Below the pieces are notes generated by a model. The model made no database searches, was not told where the DNA came from, and worked only from the letters and a program-made list of their open reading frames with translations. Source: Deltaproteobacteria bacterium (GTDB lineage Bacteria; Bdellovibrionota_B; Oligoflexia; Oligoflexales; Bog-1112). Taken from it: 64,000 bases of DNA. Positions 43,788-52,372 of this stretch are shown here, piece after piece. A program made the translations under genes and the position numbers. Numbering within the stretch: the first letter of the stretch is position 1; every line of letters starts with the position of its first letter. The stretch is from the NCBI GenBank assembly GCA_947466225.1, contig CANIBL010000005.1, positions 2,666 to 66,665 on the forward strand, given 5' to 3'.

Positions 43788-45021
43788 TTTTTATGCCCAA
43801 CGCAACCGCTTCTTTTTAACCCTTACGCCTGCAGGTCGAGGGGGGCTGTACCTTTGTGCCTTGCTCGGGATTGCCACTTTTGTTGCAGGTATGATGTTGG
43901 GTGATACCCAGCGTACATGGGGCAGTTTTCTCTTCAATCTATTCTTCTTTTTCTGTATCGCTCTGGGCGGTGTTGCCCTTGGATCTATGCAGGATGTGAT
44001 CGGCGCTGTGTGGGGGCGGCCCATTCGTCGGATCCATGAAGCCTTTGGGGCTTTTGTACCTATGGCACTTATTTGTTTTGCCGGGTTTTTGATTTGTCTC
44101 AAGCTGAATGTATGGGAGGCAAAATCTCTCTACAAATGGATTGTGAACCCAGAGATGCTCCATCATTTTCCGGGGAAGAGCACGTGGCTGCAAGAAAATT
44201 TTATGTTGATTCGTAACGGGGTCGCCCTGGTTTTGCTTGGGATTCTCACAGGGTGGCAAGTTAGCCTGGGGGTGAAACGAGACTTGGCATTGGTGGCAGG
44301 CGATCGGCAAAAAGCGACAATGTTAGGTGAAAAAGCCCGGCATATCTTGCGCTATTGGGCAGCGCCTGTCATGGTAGCCTACTCGCTTCTCTTTTCGCTA
44401 TTGGTCTTTGATTTGCTGATGTCACTCGCACCTACTTGGTTGTCGACGCTATGGGGCGGGTGGTGCTTTTCGATTATGATGCAAACCCTATTTGCTTCGT
44501 TGCTGCTCATGATGTTCTTTTTACAACGTTCTCCACTGGGAGCATTCTATGGACAAAAGCAGTTTCACGACGTAGGTAAGTTGCTGCATGGGTTTACGGT
44601 CTTTTTTGCGTACCTGACTTTTGCCCATATTTTGACTTACTGGTATACCAACATTCCCGAAGAAACTTCCTATTTCATCGATCGGTTGAAGGAGCCTTGG
44701 ATTTACTTGGTGATCGTGTCTCCCTTTCTCACTTTTGTATTTCCGTTTTTTATGCTGATCCCCAAGGCTAGCAAGTGGTTGGCGCCGGTGACGATCCCCA
44801 TCGCTTTCGTTGCACTAGCCGGGCAGTGGCTTTCGTTTCTCTTGGTAGTGATGCCAGAAGTAACGGATGGAAAAGGGCTGGTCTTTCCGTGGATCGAGAT
44901 CGGGATCTTCTTGGGCTTTTTGGGCTGTTTTCTTGCGTCTTTTTTTCGCTTTGCCAGCAAAGTTCCTATGCTGCCCATCGCAGATCCTTTGTTAAAAGAG
45001 GCGTTGGCTTCTCATCATTGA
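43774..45021 (+). CDS. actF: ACIII subunit ActF (NrfD-like membrane subunit)
   Basis: Polytopic membrane protein. Start chosen at ATG 43774 (MDRNDFYAQRNRFF), overlapping the actE end by 14 nt; the listed 43648 start lies inside actE. Confidence 0.8.
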   Translation: MDRNDFYAQRNRFFLTLTPAGRGGLYLCALLGIATFVAGMMLGDTQRTWGSFLFNLFFFFCIALGGVALGSMQDVIGAVWGRPIRRIHEAFGAFVPMALICFAGFLICLKLNVWEAKSLYKWIVNPEMLHHFPGKSTWLQENFMLIRNGVALVLLGILTGWQVSLGVKRDLALVAGDRQKATMLGEKARHILRYWAAPVMVAYSLLFSLLVFDLLMSLAPTWLSTLWGGWCFSIMMQTLFASLLLMMFFLQRSPLGAFYGQKQFHDVGKLLHGFTVFFAYLTFAHILTYWYTNIPEETSYFIDRLKEPWIYLVIVSPFLTFVFPFFMLIPKASKWLAPVTIPIAFVALAGQWLSFLLVVMPEVTDGKGLVFPWIEIGIFLGFLGCFLASFFRFASKVPMLPIADPLLKEALASHH

Positions 45022-45114
45022 GTAATAGGGGAAACTACCCGTGGCGTTTCCCTTTATACCTTGCCTCGCTTTATCTTGCCTGATCTTCGCCTTTTCTATG
45101 CCATGTAGGTACTT

Positions 45115-45167
45115 CATCTTCGATCGAGGGAGATGTCCATGCGGCCGAGGCGGCCTGGGCATGACAG
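45115..45167 (+). repeat. REP-like palindromic element, copy C
   Basis: CATCTTCGATCGAGGGAGATGTCCATGCGGCCGAGGCGGCCTGGGCATGACAG. It lies between the convergent actF and glutaredoxin genes. Confidence 0.8.
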
Positions 45168-45192
45168 AATTAGATTGAAATGATTGCCTAAA

Positions 45193-45579
45193 TCAACCCT
45201 CAGGCCCTGCTAGTAACATTCCATCCAACTTCCCCTCATAATCGAGTTCTGTCAGCTCGGAATATCCCCCGATATGATGATTGTTGATGAAAATTTGCGG
45301 TACCGACATTTTACCCCCGGTACGTTGCAGCATTTCCATGCGCCGCTCCGGTTGGGTGCGATCCAATTCGATTTCTTCAAAGGGGGCCCCTTTGCCTCGC
45401 AGGAGATCCTTGGCTTGTACGCAGTAGGTACAACTGGCCTTGGAGTAGATCTGTACGGTTGCTTTGATGGAGTGAGGGTCTAGCGTATGTACAGGATGCT
45501 GGGGTTTTTTCCAAAAATAGGCCCCTGCGCTGAGTGCGCCGAGTACGAGGGGCAGTGCGAGGAGCTTACGAGTCACCAT
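45193..45579 (-). CDS. Glutaredoxin with an N-terminal signal/anchor
   Basis: VQIYSKASCTYCVQAKDLL (CxxC), VPQIFINNHHIGGYSEL. N-terminus MVTRKLLALPLVLGALSAGA. Confidence 0.8.
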   Translation of the reverse strand: MVTRKLLALPLVLGALSAGAYFWKKPQHPVHTLDPHSIKATVQIYSKASCTYCVQAKDLLRGKGAPFEEIELDRTQPERRMEMLQRTGGKMSVPQIFINNHHIGGYSELTELDYEGKLDGMLLAGPEG

Positions 45580-46036
45580 TTCGTTTTCCTTCGGTCTTTT
45601 CCATGAGCGCCGTGAGGCGGTTCAGTTCATCTGCTAGCTCTACAAAAGCATCCCCTTTTCTGAGGTGGATGCGATCTTGAAAGTTGCCGTCACACAGTTT
45701 GCGGACATGAGCGCGAAAGGCCACGGTGGGGCCCACCAGCCGATGGGTAATTACGATTGAAACGAGCAGGTTGGCAACAAAATACAGCAAAACCGTATAC
45801 GCCAACCACCAGCGTGTATGTAACATATAGGACGCAAAAAGTTCGCGTACTTCCCCCTCCGAATCAGTGAGTGCCATTACGATGTCGGAAAAATCCGAAA
45901 GATTGATGTATAAAATGCTAAAGACGACGCAGGCAAATACCACGGACAAGCCGATGGAGTAAAAGCCAAATCGGGTTTGAAGGGAGGGTTGCAGGAGGAA
46001 ATTCCGAATTTTTCTTCGATTTTGGGTCTGTGCCAT
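45566..46036 (-). CDS. Small two-TM protein with a HAMP-like domain only
   Basis: Start chosen at ATG 46036 (MAQTQNRRKIRNF..). It has two hydrophobic segments, then LVGPTVAFRAHVRKLCDGNFQDRIHLRKGDAFVELADELNRL. The listed longer ORF would overlap the divergent flippase gene. Confidence 0.55.
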   Translation of the reverse strand: MAQTQNRRKIRNFLLQPSLQTRFGFYSIGLSVVFACVVFSILYINLSDFSDIVMALTDSEGEVRELFASYMLHTRWWLAYTVLLYFVANLLVSIVITHRLVGPTVAFRAHVRKLCDGNFQDRIHLRKGDAFVELADELNRLTALMEKTEGKRNGDS

Positions 46037-46166
46037 GGCAAAAACTCTCTTTTGTAAGCTCTGAATTACTCTTGCGCCTATTGTATCATCGGATGGTACA
46101 CACCCCCTATCTCCCCCTCCCTTACGATAACGCGTAGCGGTGGATGGCATTTCTTTGAGGATATCC

Positions 46167-47579
46167 ATGATTGCAAAAAAGCGGCTCTCCCTTACCATTT
46201 TCAGCAGCTTGATAGCCGAATTATTCGGGAAAATTGCGCCATTAGCGATTTTGGCCATGGGACAGCGCCGTCTGGGCATTGAGACCCTGGGATTTGTCCT
46301 GGTGGGCATCACGCTGATTGAGGTGTGTTTTCCGTTTATTACCTTTGGCTATAACCAATATGCCACCATCGAGTGGGGTACCCTGCGTACAGACGAGGCG
46401 CGTCGTCAAATGGTGCGCAATTTATGGGTGCTCAAAGGGCTGCATGCGCTGGTTGCCTGGGGCTTTTTATTGGGGCTCTGCTGGTTCAGTGCGGAGTATC
46501 ACCCCTACCTATCGCTGATGGTAGCCTTGGGTTTTATGTTGTTTCTCGCCGCTGTGGAGTGTCTGTGGATTCAGGTGGCCACCCAAAAGATTGCGATGTA
46601 CGGGCTGTTCAACAGCATGGCCAAAATTGTGAGCGTGATTTTTATCTATCTATGGGTCAAAACGCCGGCAGATGGCACCCTCTATGCCATAGGGGTGTTA
46701 GGGGCAAATGGGTTGGTTTGTCTATTTACCGTATTTGCTTGTCGAAAGTGGATTTCCCTTGGAGCCCCTCATTTTTCTCAGTTGGTGCCCATTTGTCAAC
46801 GCGTGAAAGGGTATGCAGTGGTTGCCATTTGGCTGATTTGGATGGACCGCGTGGATATGTTCTGGGTGAATCATCAGTTCAGCGCCCATGAAATTGGGTT
46901 GTATGCAGGGGCCAGTCGATTGAACCAAGCCTTGCTGCAACTGATCTGGATTTTGGCGTGGGCTTTTTTCTCCGAGGCCGTAGTAACGGTGGGGAAAAAG
47001 GCCTTGTCTCATCATTTGCAACTGGCCACCTTTACCGTATTTTCTTTCTTAGCCCCGATTTCTGTCGGGATTTTTTTCTTTGCGGAGGATTTTTTACGTT
47101 TGTTGGTGGGGCCTGATTATACGGGCATGGCGCTACCGCTATCGCTCTTGGTGTTGGGTAGCATCGGGACAGCAGGGATTTTGCTGCTGGGGCAGCAAGT
47201 GTTGCAGCTGCGGCAGTCGGTGGGGAAAATGTTTGCCGCTCTTGCTATGGGATTTATCCTGTCACTGGCGATGGCCTTCCTTACGACCTCACACTGGGGC
47301 TTATCTGGCGTAGCAGCCAGTCAGCTTGTAGGGAAGCTCTTTGCTGCTGCCTGGATGCTCTATTGGGCGTGTCCATTTCTGGATCGGGTGCCATGGCGGG
47401 AAATGGGTACTTGCTGGGTACCTGCCGCGATCATGGGGATGGGGCTGTATCTATTCCCTCAATCCCAGTGGGTCTGGCGCATGGTGTTGGCTTTTGGGAT
47501 CTATGGGGTGAGCTTTGTGGCGATAAACCATCGCCGGTTGAGAGGGTGGAGGGCAGGATTGCTTACGCCAGACCTGTGA
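46167..47579 (+). CDS. Wzx/MOP-family polysaccharide flippase
   Basis: Start chosen at ATG 46167 (MIAKKRLSLTIFSSLIAELFGKI). About 12-14 TM segments typical of oligosaccharide flippases. Confidence 0.7.
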   Translation: MIAKKRLSLTIFSSLIAELFGKIAPLAILAMGQRRLGIETLGFVLVGITLIEVCFPFITFGYNQYATIEWGTLRTDEARRQMVRNLWVLKGLHALVAWGFLLGLCWFSAEYHPYLSLMVALGFMLFLAAVECLWIQVATQKIAMYGLFNSMAKIVSVIFIYLWVKTPADGTLYAIGVLGANGLVCLFTVFACRKWISLGAPHFSQLVPICQRVKGYAVVAIWLIWMDRVDMFWVNHQFSAHEIGLYAGASRLNQALLQLIWILAWAFFSEAVVTVGKKALSHHLQLATFTVFSFLAPISVGIFFFAEDFLRLLVGPDYTGMALPLSLLVLGSIGTAGILLLGQQVLQLRQSVGKMFAALAMGFILSLAMAFLTTSHWGLSGVAASQLVGKLFAAAWMLYWACPFLDRVPWREMGTCWVPAAIMGMGLYLFPQSQWVWRMVLAFGIYGVSFVAINHRRLRGWRAGLLTPDL

Positions 47580-49158
47580 GCATTTCCGAGGTTGTATGGA
47601 ACTGCAGAGCTGGGTACCGCTCTTGGTGAAACTTCAGGCGCCAATCGTGATCGAGGAGGAGCGCGGGTTGCCCATGAGAATCTAGGCATACGTTATTTTG
47701 CTGCTCATGGAGGAACGTTTTGAGCTTGAGATCTTCCCCAGAGGATACCCATCGAGCGGCAGTGTATGGCAGTGGTACCATTTTGACATCTACCCCATAC
47801 TCCGCTTGAATGCGGTAGGCAACGACATCGATCTGCAGTACGCCCACCACACCCAAGTATTGGTCATTTCGGTGCAAGGGTCGAAAGACCTGCACAGCCC
47901 CCTCTTCGGACAGCTGATCGAGTCCCTTATTCAGTTGCTTGGACTTCAAGGGCTCTAGCAGTTGCACCCGCACAAAATGTTCGGGTGCAAATACGGGGAT
48001 TCCTTTGAAGTGCAGCGCTTCTCCCTCGGAAAGCGAGTCTCCGATCTTGAAAATGCCCGGGTCATGGATCCCCACGATATCCCCCGCAAAGGCCTCGTCT
48101 ACCAAACTGCGGTCCTGGGCCATAAACTGGGTGGGACGGCCGAGACGCAGGTGTCGTTTTTCCCGTACATGAAACGCTTTCATGCCCCGAAGAAACTGTC
48201 CGGAGCAGATGCGAAGAAAGGCCACGCGATCCCGATGATTGGGGTCCATGTTCGCTTGGATCTTAAAAATGAACCCGGTAAATGGGGTTTCAGTGGCAGA
48301 GACCGTACGCTCAACGGCTTCGCGTGATAGGGGGGAGGGCGCCATCTCCACCAGGTATTGCAAGAGAGTATCCACGCCAAAAGTTTGCAGTGCACTGCCG
48401 AAGAACACAGGGACCAGTTCTCCTGCGAGGTACCGGTTCAGATCGAAAGCATCCCCAGCCCCTTCTAAGAGGGAAATATCGTCGTGCAAGGTCTGGTATG
48501 CCTCATGCCCGATTCTGGCTTCAAGTAGAGGGGAGTCTACGGGGAGTACATCCCAATCCAACTTTTTGGTGCGGTCCATGGCGGGTTCATAGAGTTGCAC
48601 CTGTTGGGTCAATCGGTTGTACACGCCTTTGAAGAGCCCCCCACTGCCGATGGGCCAGGTAATGGGGTACGTTGCAATTTGGAGGACTTGCTCGATTTCT
48701 TCTAGGAGATCGAAGGCTTCTTTTCCGTCGCGATCCATCTTATTGATAAAGCCCATGATGGGAGTGTGCCGCAACCGGCATACTTCAAAGAGCTTTTTGG
48801 TCTGTGCCTCAACCCCATTGGCCACGTCAATCAGCATGAGGGCGCTGTCTACAGCCGTCAGGGTGCGGTAGGTGTCCTCGGAGAAGTCCTGGTGACCAGG
48901 GGTGTCGATGAGGTTGATCTCATGGTCAAGATAGGTAAATTTCATCACCGAACTGGTGACCGAAATCCCCCGTTGTTTTTCTAGCTCCATCCAGTCTGAT
49001 GTAGCGAATTTTTTGGATTTTTTGGCCTTTACACTACCGGCTAAATTGATTGCCCCCCCGTACAACAGGAGCTTTTCCGTCATCGTGGTCTTACCCGCAT
49101 CGGGGTGGGAAATAATGGCAAAGGTCCGTCTGCGGCGGATTTCTTTTTCGTGGGTCAC
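47563..49158 (-). CDS. prfC: Peptide chain release factor 3
   Basis: RRRTFAIISHPDAGKTTMTEKLLLYGGAI, DTPGHQDF, NKMDR. Confidence 0.95.
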   Translation of the reverse strand: MTHEKEIRRRRTFAIISHPDAGKTTMTEKLLLYGGAINLAGSVKAKKSKKFATSDWMELEKQRGISVTSSVMKFTYLDHEINLIDTPGHQDFSEDTYRTLTAVDSALMLIDVANGVEAQTKKLFEVCRLRHTPIMGFINKMDRDGKEAFDLLEEIEQVLQIATYPITWPIGSGGLFKGVYNRLTQQVQLYEPAMDRTKKLDWDVLPVDSPLLEARIGHEAYQTLHDDISLLEGAGDAFDLNRYLAGELVPVFFGSALQTFGVDTLLQYLVEMAPSPLSREAVERTVSATETPFTGFIFKIQANMDPNHRDRVAFLRICSGQFLRGMKAFHVREKRHLRLGRPTQFMAQDRSLVDEAFAGDIVGIHDPGIFKIGDSLSEGEALHFKGIPVFAPEHFVRVQLLEPLKSKQLNKGLDQLSEEGAVQVFRPLHRNDQYLGVVGVLQIDVVAYRIQAEYGVDVKMVPLPYTAARWVSSGEDLKLKTFLHEQQNNVCLDSHGQPALLLDHDWRLKFHQERYPALQFHTTSEMLTGLA

Positions 49159-49303
49159 AATGGGCCTCTATACATACACAGGGTGAAAGGCAGACTATAC
49201 CTGTCCGGGCCTCATTTGCAACTGTTGTGGGGGGTGTGTTGAGTGGGGATAGAGAGAATTTTTATTTCACCGGGAATCCCCTTCGTTCACGGAGGGGAGG
49301 ATG

Positions 49304-51016
49304 TCAAGGAGACAGCGTATCTTTGAGTAACACAGGTGGGTAGGCAGGTAAAATAAGAGAGCCTCCTGCAAAACTAGAAAGAGGATAGCTAAAACCATGC
49401 GGGAGTTGGAGAGCATAACGAGAGGTGCCAATTCCTCGGTATGTGAACCACAACCGATCTAGATACACAGTGGTGATGGTACCAAAAAAAGCACTCAACG
49501 GTTCAATAGCGGGAAACAGTGGCTCACTCTCTGTCCATCCATCACTTCTTAAGCAACCATCCGTAAGTCCGCTACAGTGAAGCAATCGGGTGGTGTCTGT
49601 GAGAACATAGAGCTGCTCATTTATTGGGACTATAAAAGGGGCGCCATCTGCTTGACCAATCACGATGGGAGAAGAGAAAGCCCCTGCCTGGCAACTGACA
49701 GTGGTGCAAGTAAATAGCCTGGTATCATTGGTTAAATCGGCGTGATAGACCATATAGAGGAAATCAGCCGTTGAGGCAGCTGACAGTGAGCTAACATTGC
49801 TGCCGATGGCGGGTTGATACTGCGTCCATGCTGGCCCTCCAATGCAAGCTACACTGCCGGTTGTCATGGGGCAGACCGAAACTTGGAGGGAAGCACTGCC
49901 AGGTGTCTGCTGGAAAATTTGAATGAGGTTATTTCCATTGGATACGACCTGTAGGCCTGTACCTCCACCACCAAGACCGTCATTTCCAGTCCAATTTCCC
50001 GCTAGCGCGCAGTCTGTATTTTGACTGCAGGCGTAGACACCGCGGGTATTTGAAAGACCCTGATAGAAAAACACAAACAAGGAACCAGTTGCACTAACGA
50101 GTATGGTGTTGTCGATGGCCCCTGGTATACTTGCCGTCACCCCGGTCAGCCAGTTTCCCGGCTGGGTGCAATCACGGGCCTCTCCGCAAGAAAGGGTAAC
50201 GAGTTGGGTCCCTCCATTAAAGTAGGAGAGATACATCAGCTTGCCAGATCTGGAGATGAAAACCGTTCCCGATAGGGAAGTTATACCAGCAGCAGTGACC
50301 AGGGTTTGTGGACTGGACCAATCTGAAGCTGCTATACACAGTTTTGAAGAGGAGGGCACACAAGTGGTGATATACAGATGGGAGCTATCCAAATAGGCAT
50401 GAAATAACGTCGCTTCCTCCCCCAAATTCAGCTCCAAAATCACGTCTCGTTCGCCATTGTCAGCCCCCCAATTTTGCATCAAATTCTGACAGGCTCCGCC
50501 ATCTTGGGTGCTCAACAAAGGGGAAAATACTGCAGTTGCAGTTGTGAGACGGTAGAGGGATTGCTGATCTGGGGTTTTGGCTGGATCGTTGAGTCGGTAG
50601 ACAAAAGGTGGTGAATTATCCACTGTGGGGCGGAGGCTGTGTATGAAGCTAGGTCCTGTGCATCCAGCATCGGCAAAATGCACAGGGGTACTTTGGGTAA
50701 GCCCAGTGGTTTTATTTACAGAGAAGAAATTTTGTCTGTCAGTATCTTGTAGAAAGAAAAAATCTCCGTCCTCATCGAGAAAGAGACCCACGATTTTTGA
50801 GGTTGCGTCTCTTACAATCTCCAACAGGTCGGTATTTACAGAGGTTTGCGTAGAAGTATCCGAAGCTGTGGTTGTCGTGGAAGCTGTAGCTACGGCGTTC
50901 TTTTTTTGCACAGCCTCTATATTTTGTGTACTAACTTGTAGGTTGGAGGCCTCTCCGCCGCATCGAACCGGTGCCAACCCAAGAACCAGTATGATTTTCG
51001 TGAAACGGTTTACCAT
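49304..51016 (-). CDS. Secreted repeat protein (six C..C..W units, beta-propeller-like), function unknown
   Basis: Start chosen at the Met giving MVNRFTKIILVLGLAPV. Six units of about 50 aa, e.g. LVTLSCGEARDCTQPGNW, GVYACSQNTDCALAGNW, RLLHCSGLTDGCLRSDGW. Confidence 0.7.
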   Translation of the reverse strand: MVNRFTKIILVLGLAPVRCGGEASNLQVSTQNIEAVQKKNAVATASTTTTASDTSTQTSVNTDLLEIVRDATSKIVGLFLDEDGDFFFLQDTDRQNFFSVNKTTGLTQSTPVHFADAGCTGPSFIHSLRPTVDNSPPFVYRLNDPAKTPDQQSLYRLTTATAVFSPLLSTQDGGACQNLMQNWGADNGERDVILELNLGEEATLFHAYLDSSHLYITTCVPSSSKLCIAASDWSSPQTLVTAAGITSLSGTVFISRSGKLMYLSYFNGGTQLVTLSCGEARDCTQPGNWLTGVTASIPGAIDNTILVSATGSLFVFFYQGLSNTRGVYACSQNTDCALAGNWTGNDGLGGGGTGLQVVSNGNNLIQIFQQTPGSASLQVSVCPMTTGSVACIGGPAWTQYQPAIGSNVSSLSAASTADFLYMVYHADLTNDTRLFTCTTVSCQAGAFSSPIVIGQADGAPFIVPINEQLYVLTDTTRLLHCSGLTDGCLRSDGWTESEPLFPAIEPLSAFFGTITTVYLDRLWFTYRGIGTSRYALQLPHGFSYPLSSFAGGSLILPAYPPVLLKDTLSP

Positions 51017-51176
51017 AGAGCAGCATCCTTTCGTCGTAAATAGGGGTTGTTCGCGTCTCCTTTGTATCGGTTTGAGGTGTCTGCTACCCAAATAGCGACG
51101 TATTTGACGACAGAGAAAATTTGTAATCAACTGTTTTTCATCCGATTTTTTTGCTGCGCGTGTCTGCTTTTCAATT

Positions 51177-51216
51177 CTTTCCTACCCATACAGCCGAGGC
51201 AGTCTGGGCAGGAAAG
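51177..51216 (+). repeat. Degenerate REP-like element, copy G
   Basis: CTTTCCTACCCATACAGCCGAGGCAGTCTGGGCAGGAAAG; compare copy B CCCGTACGGCCGAGACGGCCTGGGC..AGGAAG. It lies about 60 nt upstream of ATG 51279. Confidence 0.5.
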
Positions 51217-51278
51217 AGAAAACAGGACGTGGAAAAATCAGGGTATACTAAAAGGAAACTCTACCAAGGAGCTCTTGT

Positions 51279-52280
51279 ATGAAAGTCGGAATGGCTATTT
51301 TGATTTTTGCCGCAGGTCTCGGGGCTTGTAGCAAAGGAGTTGGGACATTGGTCACTACGAACCAATCAAATACCAATGCTGGGACTGCGATTTCACCTGG
51401 GAGTCAAGCGGGGGCAATTGGCTCCTCTACGACAGGTGCTAGTACGATTGCCTTGACGACCGATCCGCAGGCTGCTCTCTTCTTAGCCCAATTGATCACC
51501 CAGCTCAGCAACACGAGTCTGCTGAATACCATTTCCAATGATATTGATACGGAAGCCTTATCTTTGGCAGATACGACGGCTGATGCCGATGTAGAGCAGG
51601 CACAGAAGAGTGAAATTTCTGCTTTCATCAATTATTTCTTTAGTAATCCCGATATGGTGATCTCGGGGAAGACCTGTTCGCATATTACCGATCACATGGA
51701 TGTACGAATTTCCCGTGCCCAAAACTGGCTCTCTTACATGGACGGACGCTTGGGGTGTATCGATAAAGCAGCCCCTTCTATAGGCGCTTGTTGGGGGGCA
51801 GCCAGCGCAACGGATGCTACCCGTCCTTATGGGGCTTGGAAGCAGGTACAATCCATTTTGACTGCAGTGGTTGCACAGGTACAAAACAACGAGACCACGG
51901 TAAAAGATCTTTGCAAGACCTATTTTGCGCAAAATCCGGCAGCCACGATCAATAAAGTAGATTTCCTGGCTGCTATCACCGCTATTGTGGTATCTGCTGG
52001 AACAACCATTGCGGCAGGTGCCACCGTGGATCCTACACAAGCAGACTCTTCTGCTACCCTCAGTAGTTTGGTCTCACATGCGGACTTGGCACAGAATACC
52101 CAAGTCCTGGTGCAGCAAGCGTGGACCTTGCACAGTCAACTTATCTCTGACCTCAAATATACCGCCAGGATTTGTACGAGTAAATTGCCCCTTGAGGAAC
52201 GAAAGCCCTTTGAGGCATGCTGGATGGCCGTATCTCCGACTCTTCCCGTCACGACATCGACAGAGTCCGTGACTCCATAG
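51279..52280 (+). CDS. Lipoprotein, function unknown
   Basis: MKVGMAILIFAAGLGAC lipobox and AAGGAG upstream. No motif recognised. Confidence 0.7.
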   Translation: MKVGMAILIFAAGLGACSKGVGTLVTTNQSNTNAGTAISPGSQAGAIGSSTTGASTIALTTDPQAALFLAQLITQLSNTSLLNTISNDIDTEALSLADTTADADVEQAQKSEISAFINYFFSNPDMVISGKTCSHITDHMDVRISRAQNWLSYMDGRLGCIDKAAPSIGACWGAASATDATRPYGAWKQVQSILTAVVAQVQNNETTVKDLCKTYFAQNPAATINKVDFLAAITAIVVSAGTTIAAGATVDPTQADSSATLSSLVSHADLAQNTQVLVQQAWTLHSQLISDLKYTARICTSKLPLEERKPFEACWMAVSPTLPVTTSTESVTP

Positions 52281-52372
52281 TCTGTGTTTCTTCCTTTCTC
52301 TTCCTCTTTCCCTTTGATACGATACCCGAAATAAAACCATACGAAATCATTCCGTTTTACAGGATTGCGGGT

